A stretch of 64,000 nucleotides of DNA, taken from NCBI GenBank assembly GCA_963624265.1, contig CAVFPF010000025.1:2075-66074 (forward strand), in the 5' to 3' direction. Under the pieces are notes generated by a model that saw nothing but the letters and a program-made list of their open reading frames with translations, had not been told where the DNA came from and searched no databases. Shown here in pieces: positions 31,043-41,307 of the stretch. This stretch comes from a bacterium. Its GTDB lineage: Bacteria > Bacteroidota > Bacteroidia > Bacteroidales > UBA3663. Each line of letters opens with the position of its first letter. The stretch's first letter is position 1. The position numbers and the translations under genes are program-made.

Positions 31043-33940
31043 ATGAAGAAACTGTTTCTGCTCGATGCCTACGCGCTCATCTACCGCGCCTACTACGGCT
31101 TTATCTCCAAACCTCTTGTCAACAGCAAGGGAATGAACACCGGAGCTGTCTTCGGTTTTGTCAAAACCCTGCAGGATGTCTTGCAGGGCGAGCACCCGGA
31201 CTGCATCGCCGTTTGTTTTGACCCGAAGGGCGGCACTTTCCGACATAGACAGTTCCCGACATACAAGGCCCAACGCGAAGCACAGCCGGAGGACATCACT
31301 AAAGCCGTTCCGTGGGTCAAGCAGATTATCGATGCCTATCGGATTCCCGTATTCGAGGTTCCCGATTACGAAGCCGACGATGTTGTGGGCACGCTCTCGC
31401 GCATGGCCGACGAGACGGGCGAGTACGAGACCTACCTGATGTCGCCCGACAAGGACTACGCCCAACTCGTGACGGAGCACAGCCGCATCTTCAAGCCCAA
31501 GAGCTTCGGCCCCGGCTACGAGATACTCGGAGTGCAGGAAGTGCTGGACAAATACGGCTTGCAGCACACGGGGCAAGTCATCGATATGTTGGGTCTACAA
31601 GGTGATGCTGCCGACAATATCCCGGGCTGTCCGGGAGTCGGACCGAAGACTGCACAGAAACTCATTGCCGATTTCGGCAGTATCGAAGAGCTGCTAAGAC
31701 AAGTGGAAGACGCTATTCGGGACGGCAAGGCCGAGTTGCCTAATCTCAAGAAAGGGATGTTTGCCAAGATTGCCGACAATGTGCAGCAGATTCGCGACTC
31801 GAAGTATCTGGCCACCATCTGCCGCGATGTGCCTGGGTTGACGCTCGTTGCCGAGTCGCTGCAGGTTCAGGAGCCGGACCGGGAAACACTGGCCCGACTG
31901 TTTGGCGAACTGGAGTTCCGCTCTATGCGTGACAAGGTGTTGGCCGAAATGGGACAGACCGTGACGAAGCCGACACGCAGCCGCACTGTCTCGACTGGGG
32001 AACTCGACTTCGGCCCGCAAGCCGACAGCAATGCGGAGGAAGGTGCCAACATCACTCTGTCGACCATACGCGACATCCGGACTGACTATACGGTCTGCGA
32101 CACACCTGAAAAACGTCAGGACCTGGTCAGGCAGTTGTCCGCCTGTACGGAGTTTGCTTTCGACACGGAGACGACCTCTACCGATGTGATGGCAGCCGAA
32201 CTCGTCGGTGTCAGTTTTGCCGTAGCGGAACACAAGGCCTGGTATGTGCCTGTTCCAGCCGACAGGAGCGAGGCCCAATCGGTGGTGGAGGAGATTCGCC
32301 CCATACTGGAGAATGGTTCTGCACAGAAGATTGCGCAGAACCTGAAGTACGACTATTCTGTCTTGAAGCGGTACGGACTTGAGGTGGCAGACCCCGTCTT
32401 CGACACGATGATAGCCCACTACCTGCTTCAGCCCGAGCAGCCTCACAACATGGACTATCTGTCGGAGACTTACCTCAAGTACCGTCCTATCCCGACCTCG
32501 GATCTCATAGACACGGGCAAGAAAAAGAAGGAGCCGAAGGCATTCGTCGAAGACCTCTTCGCAATGGCAGCAGCCGACGAGGAAGAGACTTTGCCCAAGA
32601 CGATGCGGGAATGTCCGGTGGCACAAGTGGCTGAATACTGCTGCGAGGACAGCGATGTGACCTGGCAACTGGCGCAGATATTCCGACAGGAATTGGCAAA
32701 GGAGGGCCTGGTCCGTCTCTTTGAGGAGGTCGAGATGCCTCTTGTCAAGGTCTTGGCCGACATGGAACTGACCGGTGTCCGCCTCGACACCTCGGCCCTG
32801 AAAGAATCGGAGGGCGTTCTCAATGCCGAACTGAAACGGCTGGACGGACGGTTGTCCGAATTGGCAGGCCATGCGTTCAATCCGCTTTCACCCAAAGTGG
32901 TGGCCACCGTCCTGTATGACGAGCAGAAGATGGACCCGAAGAACAAACAGCGGAGCACGGCCGAGGATATCCTGCAGCAACTGAAGGGCAAGGTGGCCGA
33001 CGACCCCGACAAACTGGAAATCATCGAAGACATCCTTTCCTACCGGGGCATCAAGAAGCTGCTTAGCACCTATATCGAAGCCTTGCCGGCCGAGATAAAC
33101 CCGACCACGGGCCGTATACACACTTCGTTCAACCAGACGGTGACCGCCACGGGCAGGCTCTCGTCATCCAATCCCAATCTGCAGAACATTCCCATCCGCG
33201 ACGAACTGGGCCGCGAGTTGCGCAAGGCGTTCATACCCGATGCCGGTGAGATTTTCTTCAGCGCCGACTACAGTCAAATCGAGCTTCGCCTGATGGCCCA
33301 CCTAAGCCAGGACCCCAACATGCTCGAAGCCTTCAAGAGCGGAGAAGACATCCACCGGGCCACCGCGGCCAAGATTTATCACCTCGACCCGGCCGAGGTA
33401 ACCAAACTGCAGCGCACGAAAGCCAAGACGGCCAACTTCGGCATCATCTACGGCATCTCTACCTTCGGATTGGCCAGCCGTCTCAACATCCCGCGCAGCG
33501 AGGCTAAAGAACTCATCGAAGGCTACTTCGCCACCTATCCGAAGGTGAAGGAATATATGGAGCAAAGCATCGAGACCGCGCGTGAGAAAGGTTATGTCGA
33601 GACTCTGTTCGGCCGCAAGCGCATGCTGCCCGACATCCATTCAGCCAATGCCACGGTGCGCGGTTATGCTGAGCGCAATGCCATCAATGCCCCCATCCAG
33701 GGGACGGCTGCCGACATCATCAAGATAGCCATGATACGCATAGCCCGCCGCATCAGGCAGGAGCAGCTGCACGCCAAGCTTCTCATCCAGGTACACGACG
33801 AACTAAACTTCAGTGTGCCTGCCGACGAACTTGGTCAACTGCAGAAACTCGTGCTCGAGGAGATGGCCGGGGCTTGCCGTCTGAGCGTCCCCCTGATAGC
33901 CGACTGCGGAAGTGGCAGCAACTGGCTTGAAGCACACTGA
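31043..33940 (+). CDS. polA: DNA polymerase I
   Basis: 5'-nuclease N-terminus (LFLLDAYALIYRAYY), 3'-5' exonuclease block (FAFDTETTS), and polymerase motifs DYSQIELR, KTANFGIIYG and QVHDEL. Confidence 0.95.
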   Translation: MKKLFLLDAYALIYRAYYGFISKPLVNSKGMNTGAVFGFVKTLQDVLQGEHPDCIAVCFDPKGGTFRHRQFPTYKAQREAQPEDITKAVPWVKQIIDAYRIPVFEVPDYEADDVVGTLSRMADETGEYETYLMSPDKDYAQLVTEHSRIFKPKSFGPGYEILGVQEVLDKYGLQHTGQVIDMLGLQGDAADNIPGCPGVGPKTAQKLIADFGSIEELLRQVEDAIRDGKAELPNLKKGMFAKIADNVQQIRDSKYLATICRDVPGLTLVAESLQVQEPDRETLARLFGELEFRSMRDKVLAEMGQTVTKPTRSRTVSTGELDFGPQADSNAEEGANITLSTIRDIRTDYTVCDTPEKRQDLVRQLSACTEFAFDTETTSTDVMAAELVGVSFAVAEHKAWYVPVPADRSEAQSVVEEIRPILENGSAQKIAQNLKYDYSVLKRYGLEVADPVFDTMIAHYLLQPEQPHNMDYLSETYLKYRPIPTSDLIDTGKKKKEPKAFVEDLFAMAAADEEETLPKTMRECPVAQVAEYCCEDSDVTWQLAQIFRQELAKEGLVRLFEEVEMPLVKVLADMELTGVRLDTSALKESEGVLNAELKRLDGRLSELAGHAFNPLSPKVVATVLYDEQKMDPKNKQRSTAEDILQQLKGKVADDPDKLEIIEDILSYRGIKKLLSTYIEALPAEINPTTGRIHTSFNQTVTATGRLSSSNPNLQNIPIRDELGRELRKAFIPDAGEIFFSADYSQIELRLMAHLSQDPNMLEAFKSGEDIHRATAAKIYHLDPAEVTKLQRTKAKTANFGIIYGISTFGLASRLNIPRSEAKELIEGYFATYPKVKEYMEQSIETAREKGYVETLFGRKRMLPDIHSANATVRGYAERNAINAPIQGTAADIIKIAMIRIARRIRQEQLHAKLLIQVHDELNFSVPADELGQLQKLVLEEMAGACRLSVPLIADCGSGSNWLEAH

Positions 33941-33952
33941 CACACTTTCGCC

Positions 33953-36619
33953 TTATTGCACCGAAATCTCCGTCTTGGCAGTCTTCAAGCCTTTTCCGCT
34001 TACGGTCAAAGTCGAGAGACCGGCTTCTTTCGTTGCCTGAACGACGACGACAAGTTCGCCGTGGAAGGCTTTCATCGTCGGATTGACAAAGGTTTCGAGC
34101 GAGGTGGCGTCACCATTACAGCATGAGTTGAACTTGGCTGATTTGCCATTGACCGCAAATTTCAACTGCGTGTCAGCATCTGGACAGAGGTTTCCGTCGC
34201 GGTCCACCACCCGCACGGTCACGAAGGTGAGGTCCGGACAGTCGAGGGCCTTGCCGTCGGCATCGACAGGGACGGCCGACATCGACGCGCGGTCCTTTAC
34301 CAGTTCGATGTGGTGTGGCCGACCGGCCGTCTTGACGGTTTCGGTAGCTGCCACATTGCCGTCGGCGTCATAGGCCACCACTTTCAGTTCACCGGGTTCA
34401 TACTTCACGTCCATCCAGCGCATACGGTAGCGGTCCAAGCGGTTTTTGCCCTTAGGAGCATCGCCATTGGCAAACATCGAGGTGCCGCCCCATGGCATAC
34501 GTTCGGCGTGCCGCAACGAGAGGAAGTCGTCCATGCTGCAATCGAGATGCTTCAGTCGGCCTTGGCTCTTGCCGTTGACGAAGAGTTCGGCTTCCGGATA
34601 GTTGGTGTAGCAGAAGACGGGAGTCGTCTCGCCCTCGCGTCCGGTCCAGGTCCAGTGCGGCAGCAGGTGCAGTGTCTCTTTCTCCGGAGCCCAGTGTGTC
34701 CGGTAGAGCCACATTCGGTCTTTGGGCAGTCCGGCCAGGTCGAATATGCCGAAGTAGCTTGAGCGCGACGGCCAGTATTCGTCGTATGGGGTCGGTTCGC
34801 CGAGGTAGTCAAAGCCCGTCCAGACAAATTCGCCGATTACGCGCGGCTCTTTGTCCTGCCACATCCAGTCGTCGTCGGGCAGGTTGCTCCAAATGCACGA
34901 CTCCAGGTCGTATGAAGAGATTTGGCCGTCGTCGTAAGCCACACCGTGCACTTCCTCCACCGGGAACTTGTACACACCGCGACTTGAGACGGTCGAGGCC
35001 GTTTCCGAACCGAGTATTATGCCTTTAGGCGAATTGTCCAGACCCTTTTGGTAGACGTGCAGGCGGTAGTTGAATCCCGGGATGTCCGTCTCCTGGAACA
35101 CGCCGCTGTACATCGGGGCCTCGCCGCGGTCCATGCCTTGCGTGCAGGGACGGGTTCCGTCCAACTGGTGCACGAGTTGCTGGAGCTGGCGGGTATAGTA
35201 TAGGCCCGAGGCCGCTCCCTGTTCGGGGATTTCGTTGCCGATGCTCCACATGATGTTTGACGGATGGTTGCGGTGCACGCGCACCAGGTTGGTGAAGTCG
35301 CGTTCCCACCAGGCCCGTCCGTCACGGTTCACTGATGTCTTGTCGACGACATTGAAGAAGCGCGCATAGCCGTTGCGGCACTTGCGGCTCACCCACATGT
35401 CGCACGATTCGACCATCACCATCACGCCCATCTCGTCGCAGATGTCCATTTGCCAGGGAGCCGGCATATTGTGGCTCGTGCGTATGGCGTCGCATCCCAT
35501 TTCCTTCAGCAGGCGCACCTGCCGGCGGAAGGCGTCTTTGTTGAATGCCGAACCCAGCGGACCGAGGTCGTGATGCAGGCAGACGCCCTTGAACTTGCGC
35601 ACCTGTCCGTTCAGTTTGAACCCTTCGTTGTCGTAGGCGATGCTGCGAAGCCCGACACGGGTTTCCATTCTGTCCCAAAGCCGGTCGCCTTCTTTCAGTT
35701 CGGTGACCAGGGTATAGAGGACGGGGTGCTCCGGACTCCAGAGCAAAGCGTCCTTGACGATCAGCAGTTGGCTGGTTTCGTTCGAACGGTTCACTTCCGC
35801 TTCCGATCGGGCCACTTCGCGGCCGGCGTCATCCAGCAGGGTCTGCACCACAGTGCACTTGGCTTTGCTGCTCCCGAGGACAGCCTCCGAGGTGACATAC
35901 AGCCGGGCTTCGGCGGCCTTTTCGGCTTTGGCGTCGACGCCTCCAGTCATGGTTGTGCGGGCAAAAGTGCCCCATTTGTCCAGATATTTTTCCTGGTGCA
36001 ACAGCAGGCGCACCGGGCGATACAGTCCGGCTCCCGGATACCACCGCGACGACTCTTCTATGTTCTGCAGATGTACGGCCACGGCATAGGTGCCGGCCTT
36101 CAGTGCCTGTGCTGCAGCATTCGGCTCTTTCGTCCCGTCCTCCGTCTGTGTCCCGATGGCGCTGGTAATGTCGAGGCTGAACGTGTTGTAGCCATAAGCC
36201 CAGAAACCCACATCCTGGCCGTTCACCCATACATGCGGTTCGGCCATCGCTCCGTCAAAGACCAGTTCGGCTGAGCTGTATCCCTCGGGAATGGTGATTT
36301 CTGTCCGGTACCAACCTTCGCCAATCCAAGGCAGCGATCCGCTACGTCCCGTCTTTTCGGTTGCTTCTTTCTCTCCGTTTTGCTCGATAGCCACGGTCTG
36401 TTTGTCGATGTCTTTGTCGAAAGGACCGCCGACGGCCCAGTCGTGAGGGATGGAAACCTGTTGCCAGTCAGAGTCGTCGTAGGCCGGAGCTTCAGCTCCC
36501 TCGGCTGCCCCGCGCTGGAACCGCCATCCGTCCAGGAGCAGTTGTTCCTTGCTTTGGGCTACGGCAACGGCCGATGCCGTCATCCAGATGGCGCACAAAT
36601 AAATAGGTAAGCGTTTCAT
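33953..36619 (-). CDS. Secreted glycoside hydrolase family 2 enzyme (beta-galactosidase-like)
   Basis: Start taken at MKRLPIYLCAIWMTASAVAVAQ (signal peptide), not the 93-codon upstream extension. Motifs include SIPHDW, CDAIRTSHNMP and WSIGNEIPE. Confidence 0.85.
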   Translation of the reverse strand: MKRLPIYLCAIWMTASAVAVAQSKEQLLLDGWRFQRGAAEGAEAPAYDDSDWQQVSIPHDWAVGGPFDKDIDKQTVAIEQNGEKEATEKTGRSGSLPWIGEGWYRTEITIPEGYSSAELVFDGAMAEPHVWVNGQDVGFWAYGYNTFSLDITSAIGTQTEDGTKEPNAAAQALKAGTYAVAVHLQNIEESSRWYPGAGLYRPVRLLLHQEKYLDKWGTFARTTMTGGVDAKAEKAAEARLYVTSEAVLGSSKAKCTVVQTLLDDAGREVARSEAEVNRSNETSQLLIVKDALLWSPEHPVLYTLVTELKEGDRLWDRMETRVGLRSIAYDNEGFKLNGQVRKFKGVCLHHDLGPLGSAFNKDAFRRQVRLLKEMGCDAIRTSHNMPAPWQMDICDEMGVMVMVESCDMWVSRKCRNGYARFFNVVDKTSVNRDGRAWWERDFTNLVRVHRNHPSNIMWSIGNEIPEQGAASGLYYTRQLQQLVHQLDGTRPCTQGMDRGEAPMYSGVFQETDIPGFNYRLHVYQKGLDNSPKGIILGSETASTVSSRGVYKFPVEEVHGVAYDDGQISSYDLESCIWSNLPDDDWMWQDKEPRVIGEFVWTGFDYLGEPTPYDEYWPSRSSYFGIFDLAGLPKDRMWLYRTHWAPEKETLHLLPHWTWTGREGETTPVFCYTNYPEAELFVNGKSQGRLKHLDCSMDDFLSLRHAERMPWGGTSMFANGDAPKGKNRLDRYRMRWMDVKYEPGELKVVAYDADGNVAATETVKTAGRPHHIELVKDRASMSAVPVDADGKALDCPDLTFVTVRVVDRDGNLCPDADTQLKFAVNGKSAKFNSCCNGDATSLETFVNPTMKAFHGELVVVVQATKEAGLSTLTVSGKGLKTAKTEISVQ

Positions 36620-36680
36620 AGGTGTTGGTGTTGTGTGGGTATTGTGATTAGTTGTGTTAAGTTTCGACAGAACCGGGCGC

Positions 36681-36734
36681 GCTTGGACTATCAAGCAGGC
36701 CTGGACAATCAAACTGGCTTGGACTGTTGTGTGG
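36681..36734. repeat. 18-bp tandem repeat x3 (GCTTGGAC core) in a divergent promoter region
   Basis: gcttggactatcaagcag / gcctggacaatcaaactg / gcttggactgttgtgtgg. A fourth gcttggac occurs at 36831. Confidence 0.8.
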
Positions 36735-36887
36735 CGGGCGTGCAACTGCCGCGTTTCGGTGTGGAATCCGGCACGAAAATACAGTTTTATTTTGATTTTT
36801 CCAAGTCCTTCGCTCTTTTTTTGCTTCAAAGCTTGGACATTCCGGCAGAAACCGCTACTTTTGTACACGAAAAAACATCCGTATACT

Positions 36888-37043
36888 ATGGCCGACAATT
36901 TTTTGGAGCGTCAATATGCCGCCTACGAAGAGCGGAAGAAGAACCTGACAAAAGGCTCTAAAAAACCTTCCGTGAAGTTCTATACACGTCCCGGCACGCC
37001 AAAACCTGATTCACACACCGGGCAGGACAAGGACTTGGGGTAA
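36888..37043 (+). CDS. Small basic hypothetical protein (51 aa)
   Basis: MADNFLERQYAAYEERKKNL... is taken as the only plausible coding part of ORF 36654..37043. The upstream part of that ORF merely translates the 18-bp repeats. Confidence 0.4.
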   Translation: MADNFLERQYAAYEERKKNLTKGSKKPSVKFYTRPGTPKPDSHTGQDKDLG

Positions 37044-37159
37044 TAGGTCTTTAGGGAAAAGGGGGAACAGACTTTTTCAAGATTGGAATCGCCAATCCAT
37101 TGGCTTGTCCTTTAGTGAAGAATAGAAAAACAGGACTCGTCAATACCTGTCGAGCAATT

Positions 37160-38008
37160 TTAAAAAGACAGGATAGAGTCGTTGATGTAGACGGTCGCCG
37201 AACTGCCGATGCTGAGTTCTGCCTCTTCGGTATCGATAACCTTCCGCTCGGAATAGAGTTTCCAGGTTCCCTTAACCAACTTGACCGGTGCTCCCGATGT
37301 GTGGATTGCGTCGCCGCAGAAGGAAGTCAGGTTGGCCGTCATGGCATAGTTGCAGACCACACCGCCCCGGGCATAGAGAGCATGAGTGTAGACAGAATCG
37401 CCAAGGTCGGCGTCATAGCGCGGCAAGGCCCGGTTGTTGAGGGTCAACGTCCCAGTTCCGTCGAAATAGAGCTGGCCGCTCACATAGAGACAACCATCGG
37501 CTTCTTGAATGTAGCCGTCGGCGTATTGTGTCGTGTAGACCGAGTCGGAGAGTACATTTGTCTTTCCCGTCACGACCACATAGCAGACGTTGTCGCCCGT
37601 TTGCACCTCGACGGCCGGACCGTGTCCGGACTGCAGGCGCACCCCGCTCAAGTAGAGGGCAAAGTCGCGGTCGGCCGACACTTTGAGTTGGCCGCCAAGC
37701 GGATGCAACGAGTCGACAGAAGCCTTACCGTAGACGATAAGCGCCAGACTGTCATCGTCGGTAGTGAGACTCAGCCGCGCCCCGTCCCGCTCCACGTCGA
37801 CCAACCCCGCGTTCGGGCCCCACACCCGCACATTGCCCTCCCTGTACTCGACAAATACAGGATGCACGAAGCGTGACACCAGCGAGTTAATGGGCGAAAA
37901 AGCCGTTCCCACCACATCGGTATCGTAGTCATCGCACCCCGACCACACACAAGGTGCAATCAGGGCGGCGATGAGTGACAATACATACAGTCGAGTCAGC
38001 TTTCGCAT
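37160..38008 (-). CDS. Hypothetical lipoprotein, possibly a beta-helix carbohydrate-binding (Cthe_2159-like) protein
   Basis: Lipobox LIAPCVWSGC. The sequence is Gly/Thr/Val-rich and repetitive (DGCLYVSGQLYFDGTGTLTLNN). The family assignment is tentative. Confidence 0.45.
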   Translation of the reverse strand: MRKLTRLYVLSLIAALIAPCVWSGCDDYDTDVVGTAFSPINSLVSRFVHPVFVEYREGNVRVWGPNAGLVDVERDGARLSLTTDDDSLALIVYGKASVDSLHPLGGQLKVSADRDFALYLSGVRLQSGHGPAVEVQTGDNVCYVVVTGKTNVLSDSVYTTQYADGYIQEADGCLYVSGQLYFDGTGTLTLNNRALPRYDADLGDSVYTHALYARGGVVCNYAMTANLTSFCGDAIHTSGAPVKLVKGTWKLYSERKVIDTEEAELSIGSSATVYINDSILSF

Positions 38009-38065
38009 CGTTATTTTGATTACGGAGAGACAAACCTCCCCTGCTTGTTCAAATCAGAATCCTGC

Positions 38066-39595
38066 TTATTCCGAAATCAGGTTCTGTCCCGTCATCTCGG
38101 CAGGCTGTGGCAAGCCCATAACAGACAGGATGGTGGGAGCCACATCGCACAGACGGCCAGGAGCGACCTTCACCTGCAGCTTGTTATCGTCGATATAGAC
38201 ACATGGGACGGGGTTGAGCGAGTGGGCTGTGTTGGGAGTGCCGTCGGCATTGATGGCATGGTCGGCATTGCCGTGGTCGGCGATGATGAGCACGGCATAG
38301 TCGTTGGCCTTGGCAGCCTCCACTACGTCATGGCAGCACACATCGATGGTCTCGACAGCCTTCTGGATGGCCGAATAGACACCTGTGTGACCTACCATAT
38401 CGCCGTTGGCAAAGTTGCAGGCGATGAAGTCGAACTGCTTGGTCTGAATGGCCTCGACGAGTTTGTCCTTGACGATGAGAGCCGACATTTCGGGCTGCAG
38501 GTCGTAGGTAGCCACCTTGGGCGAAGGCACGAGGATACGGTTTTCACCCGGATACTCCGATTCCCGTCCGCCGTTGAAGAAGAAGGTGACATGAGCATAC
38601 TTCTCGGTCTCGGCGATGCGGAGCTGCTTCAAGTCGGCATTGGAGACGATTTCACCGAGCGTCTTCTCGACATTCTCCTTGGGGAAAAGGATGTGCAGGC
38701 CCTGGAACTTCGAGTCGTAGGGCGTCATGCAGCAATAATAGAGCGGTATGGTGCGCATACCCTCGGCAGGCATATCCTCTTGCGTCAGCACGGAGGTAAT
38801 CTCCTTGGCGCGGTCGTTGCGGTAGTTGAAGAAGATAACTGTGTCGTTGGGGCGGATGGTGCCGACTGGCGTATTGTCGCGGGTGAGGACGGCAGGTTCA
38901 ACAAATTCGTCGGTCACGCCAGCGTCGTACGAAGCCTGCATAGCCTCCACCGGGCAGGCATACGGATGTCCCACACCGGCCGTAAGCTGGTCGTAAGCCT
39001 TCTTGATGCGGTCCCAGCGCTTGTCGCGGTCCATAGCATAGAAGCGGCCTGTGATCGAAGCGATTTCTCCGCAACCCACTTCCTCGCAGTGTTTTGCCAC
39101 GGTCTCGATAAAGCCCTTGCCCGAATGTGGGTCGGTGTCACGGCCGTCCATAAAGCAGTGCAGGTAGGTGCGTCCTTCGAGTCCGTAGGCCTTGGCGATG
39201 TCCACGAGCTTGAGCAGGTGGGCCAGCGAAGAGTGTACGCCGCCCGTCGAAGTCAAACCCATGAAGTGGATGGCACCGCCCTTCTGTGCGTTTTCGAAAG
39301 CGGCCTTAATCTCCTTGTTGTCCATGATGCTGTTGTCGGCACATGCCATATTGATTTTGACCAGGTCCTGATAGATGATACGGCCGCCGCCGATGTTCAT
39401 GTGGCCCACTTCGGAGTTGCCCATCTGACCTTCGGGCAGACCCACGTTGAGGCCGTCCGTGCGAAGCTGAGCGTGAGGATATTTGGCCAACAGGCTATCC
39501 CAATATGGAGTCGGAGTACTTGCGATGGCATCTGATTTCGTTCCGTCGCCACATCCCCAACCGTCGAGGATGAGCAGAAGTGCTTTCTTTGTCAT
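38066..39595 (-). CDS. gpmI: 2,3-bisphosphoglycerate-independent phosphoglycerate mutase
   Basis: Start at [14 protein letters not shown]. Motifs [14 protein letters not shown] and ADHGNAD. The 52-codon upstream extension was rejected. Confidence 0.93.
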   Translation of the reverse strand: MTKKALLLILDGWGCGDGTKSDAIASTPTPYWDSLLAKYPHAQLRTDGLNVGLPEGQMGNSEVGHMNIGGGRIIYQDLVKINMACADNSIMDNKEIKAAFENAQKGGAIHFMGLTSTGGVHSSLAHLLKLVDIAKAYGLEGRTYLHCFMDGRDTDPHSGKGFIETVAKHCEEVGCGEIASITGRFYAMDRDKRWDRIKKAYDQLTAGVGHPYACPVEAMQASYDAGVTDEFVEPAVLTRDNTPVGTIRPNDTVIFFNYRNDRAKEITSVLTQEDMPAEGMRTIPLYYCCMTPYDSKFQGLHILFPKENVEKTLGEIVSNADLKQLRIAETEKYAHVTFFFNGGRESEYPGENRILVPSPKVATYDLQPEMSALIVKDKLVEAIQTKQFDFIACNFANGDMVGHTGVYSAIQKAVETIDVCCHDVVEAAKANDYAVLIIADHGNADHAINADGTPNTAHSLNPVPCVYIDDNKLQVKVAPGRLCDVAPTILSVMGLPQPAEMTGQNLISE

Positions 39596-39826
39596 AATGT
39601 GTTGTATATAATTAACTGAATTACATTCGGAATAACGGTTTCCCGTCTTCTGCTGTTTCGGACGCGAAGATATACATTTTAAAAATAACCTACAAATTCC
39701 GATTCCTAAAAAATCCCGACAAGCCGGACGGAAATCCGCCAGACGAAACATTTGACACGCTTAGATGCCGATTGGGAGGAAGATTTGCGCTTTTGTGTGG
39801 CTGCCGGCGAAAATAAGCGCCGAAAA

Positions 39827-39858
39827 TTTGGAGCGAACCCGGAAACGCCGTATCTTCG
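39827..39858 (+). promoter_or_regulatory. Candidate promoter of the rib operon leader
   Basis: TTTG at 39827-39830 and TATCTTCG (near TAnnTTTG) at 39851-39858, just upstream of the riboswitch P1 stem. Confidence 0.4.
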
Positions 39859-39861
39859 CGG

Positions 39862-39978
39862 CAGACTCTTCAGGGCAGGGCGAAATTCCCGATCGGCGGT
39901 ATAGTCCGCAAGGTTCCCTCCGAACCACGAACCGATGCAACTTCGGTACCGACAGTATAGTCTGGATGGAAGAAGGTG
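39862..39978 (+). promoter_or_regulatory. FMN riboswitch (RFN element)
   Basis: CTCTTCAGGGCAGGGCGAAATTCCCGATCGGCGGTATAGTCCGCAAGG....CCGACAGTATAGTCTGGATGGAAGAAGG matches the conserved RFN core (TCTTC.GGGCAGGGTGAAATTCCC.ACCGGCGGTA...GACAGT.AAGTCTGGATGG.AGAAG). It lies upstream of ribD. Confidence 0.9.
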
Positions 39979-40184
39979 TCGGGCAGGGCAAAGAACCGGT
40001 CTGTGCGGACAGCCGATGGGCCTCTTTTCCTCCAGTGGGCATCGTTATTCCAGTGACATTCGGAAGGCGGTGTCCTTTCGGTTTCTCCCGCGGTCGCCTC
40101 TTTTCCCAGTCCGGAAGGTGTCCGACTGCGGCACATTACGCCTTATTTTACAATTAAAATACTTTCACGACAATACAGTTTTTT

Positions 40185-41297
40185 ATGATTACAGAATTTG
40201 ATATTCGAGTTATGGATGCAGCCCAAGCGCTGGCTCAAATGGGTTGGGGTGCAGTCAACCCGAACCCGCTGGTGGCTGCGATGATTTACAGAGGCGGCGA
40301 CCTCGTGGCCATGGGTTATCACGAACGCTATGGCGGTCTGCACGCCGAGCGCAATGCCTTTCTCGATGCCGAACGGAAGGGCATCGACTGCTCGGGAGCG
40401 ACGATGTATGTCACGCTCGAACCTTGCTGCCACCATGGTCAACAGCCTCCTTGCACCGAAGCCATCATCGAACATCACATCGCGCGCGTTGTGGTCGGCA
40501 TGCTCGACCCGAACCCGCTAGTGGCCGGAAAGGGTGTGGAACAGCTCCGCGCCGCCGGCATCGAGGTTGAGGTTTTGCCCGAGACTTACAAACTGGTAGC
40601 CAAACTCAAGTACCTCAACCGCTTCTACCTCAAATACATCACGACCGGTCAGCCGTGGGTTACGATGAAGTATGCCATGACGCTCGACGGCAAGGTCTGC
40701 ACGCGCACCGGCGACAGCCGATGGGTGTCGTCCGAAGAGTCGAGGCAGTATTCGCACCACCTCCGCCGTTGCCACAAAGGCATTTTGTGCGGTATCGGAA
40801 CGGTTCTGGCCGACGATCCGATGCTCAACTCCCGCATCTCTAACTTGCCCAACGCCCCCACGCCCATACGCATCGTGGCCGACCGCAATGTGCGCATCTC
40901 GCTTGGCTGCATGTTGGTCAAGACCGCCCGCGACATTCCGACCGTCGTGGCCTATACCGAAGGGGCAGACCCCGACAAGCTCGCCAAGTTGCAAGAGCTC
41001 GGCGTGCAGACCTGGAAGTGCAATACACCGCAGGAGCTGCTCTCCAAGGCCGGCAGCGAAAAGATCGACAGCATTCTGCTCGAAGGCGGCGGAACGCTCA
41101 ACGAGTCCTTCTTGCGCGAAAGGCTGGTTGACGAGGTCTATGCCTTTATCGCTCCCAAGTTGATAGGCGGAATCGACGCCAAGACTCCCGTCGAAGGCCT
41201 CGGCATTGCCCGCATAATGCAGGCCATCTCTTTGAGAGACGTCGAGACAAAGCAGCTCGAGTCGGATTTCCTAATCCATGGCATCGTAAACAGATAA
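40185..41297 (+). CDS. ribD: Bifunctional diaminohydroxyphosphoribosylaminopyrimidine deaminase / 5-amino-6-(5-phosphoribosylamino)uracil reductase
   Basis: Deaminase zinc motifs HAERNAF and TLEPCCHHGQQPPC. The C-terminal reductase domain contains LLEGGGTLN. Confidence 0.92.
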   Translation: MITEFDIRVMDAAQALAQMGWGAVNPNPLVAAMIYRGGDLVAMGYHERYGGLHAERNAFLDAERKGIDCSGATMYVTLEPCCHHGQQPPCTEAIIEHHIARVVVGMLDPNPLVAGKGVEQLRAAGIEVEVLPETYKLVAKLKYLNRFYLKYITTGQPWVTMKYAMTLDGKVCTRTGDSRWVSSEESRQYSHHLRRCHKGILCGIGTVLADDPMLNSRISNLPNAPTPIRIVADRNVRISLGCMLVKTARDIPTVVAYTEGADPDKLAKLQELGVQTWKCNTPQELLSKAGSEKIDSILLEGGGTLNESFLRERLVDEVYAFIAPKLIGGIDAKTPVEGLGIARIMQAISLRDVETKQLESDFLIHGIVNR

Positions 41298-41307
41298 GGG
41301 CAGCAAA

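Noticed and set aside
36654-36887. The upstream part of ORF 36654..37043 (…AWTIKQAWTIKLAWTV…).
   Set aside because: The repeated peptide is the translation of the 18-bp DNA tandem repeat in the promoter region. Only the last 51 codons, from the ATG at 36888, were kept, and those at low confidence.
39761-40201. ORFs 39761..40042(-), 39765..40157(+), 39870..40136(-) and 39935..40201(+).
   Set aside because: They overlap the FMN riboswitch aptamer and its expression platform. The conserved RNA motif explains the sequence.
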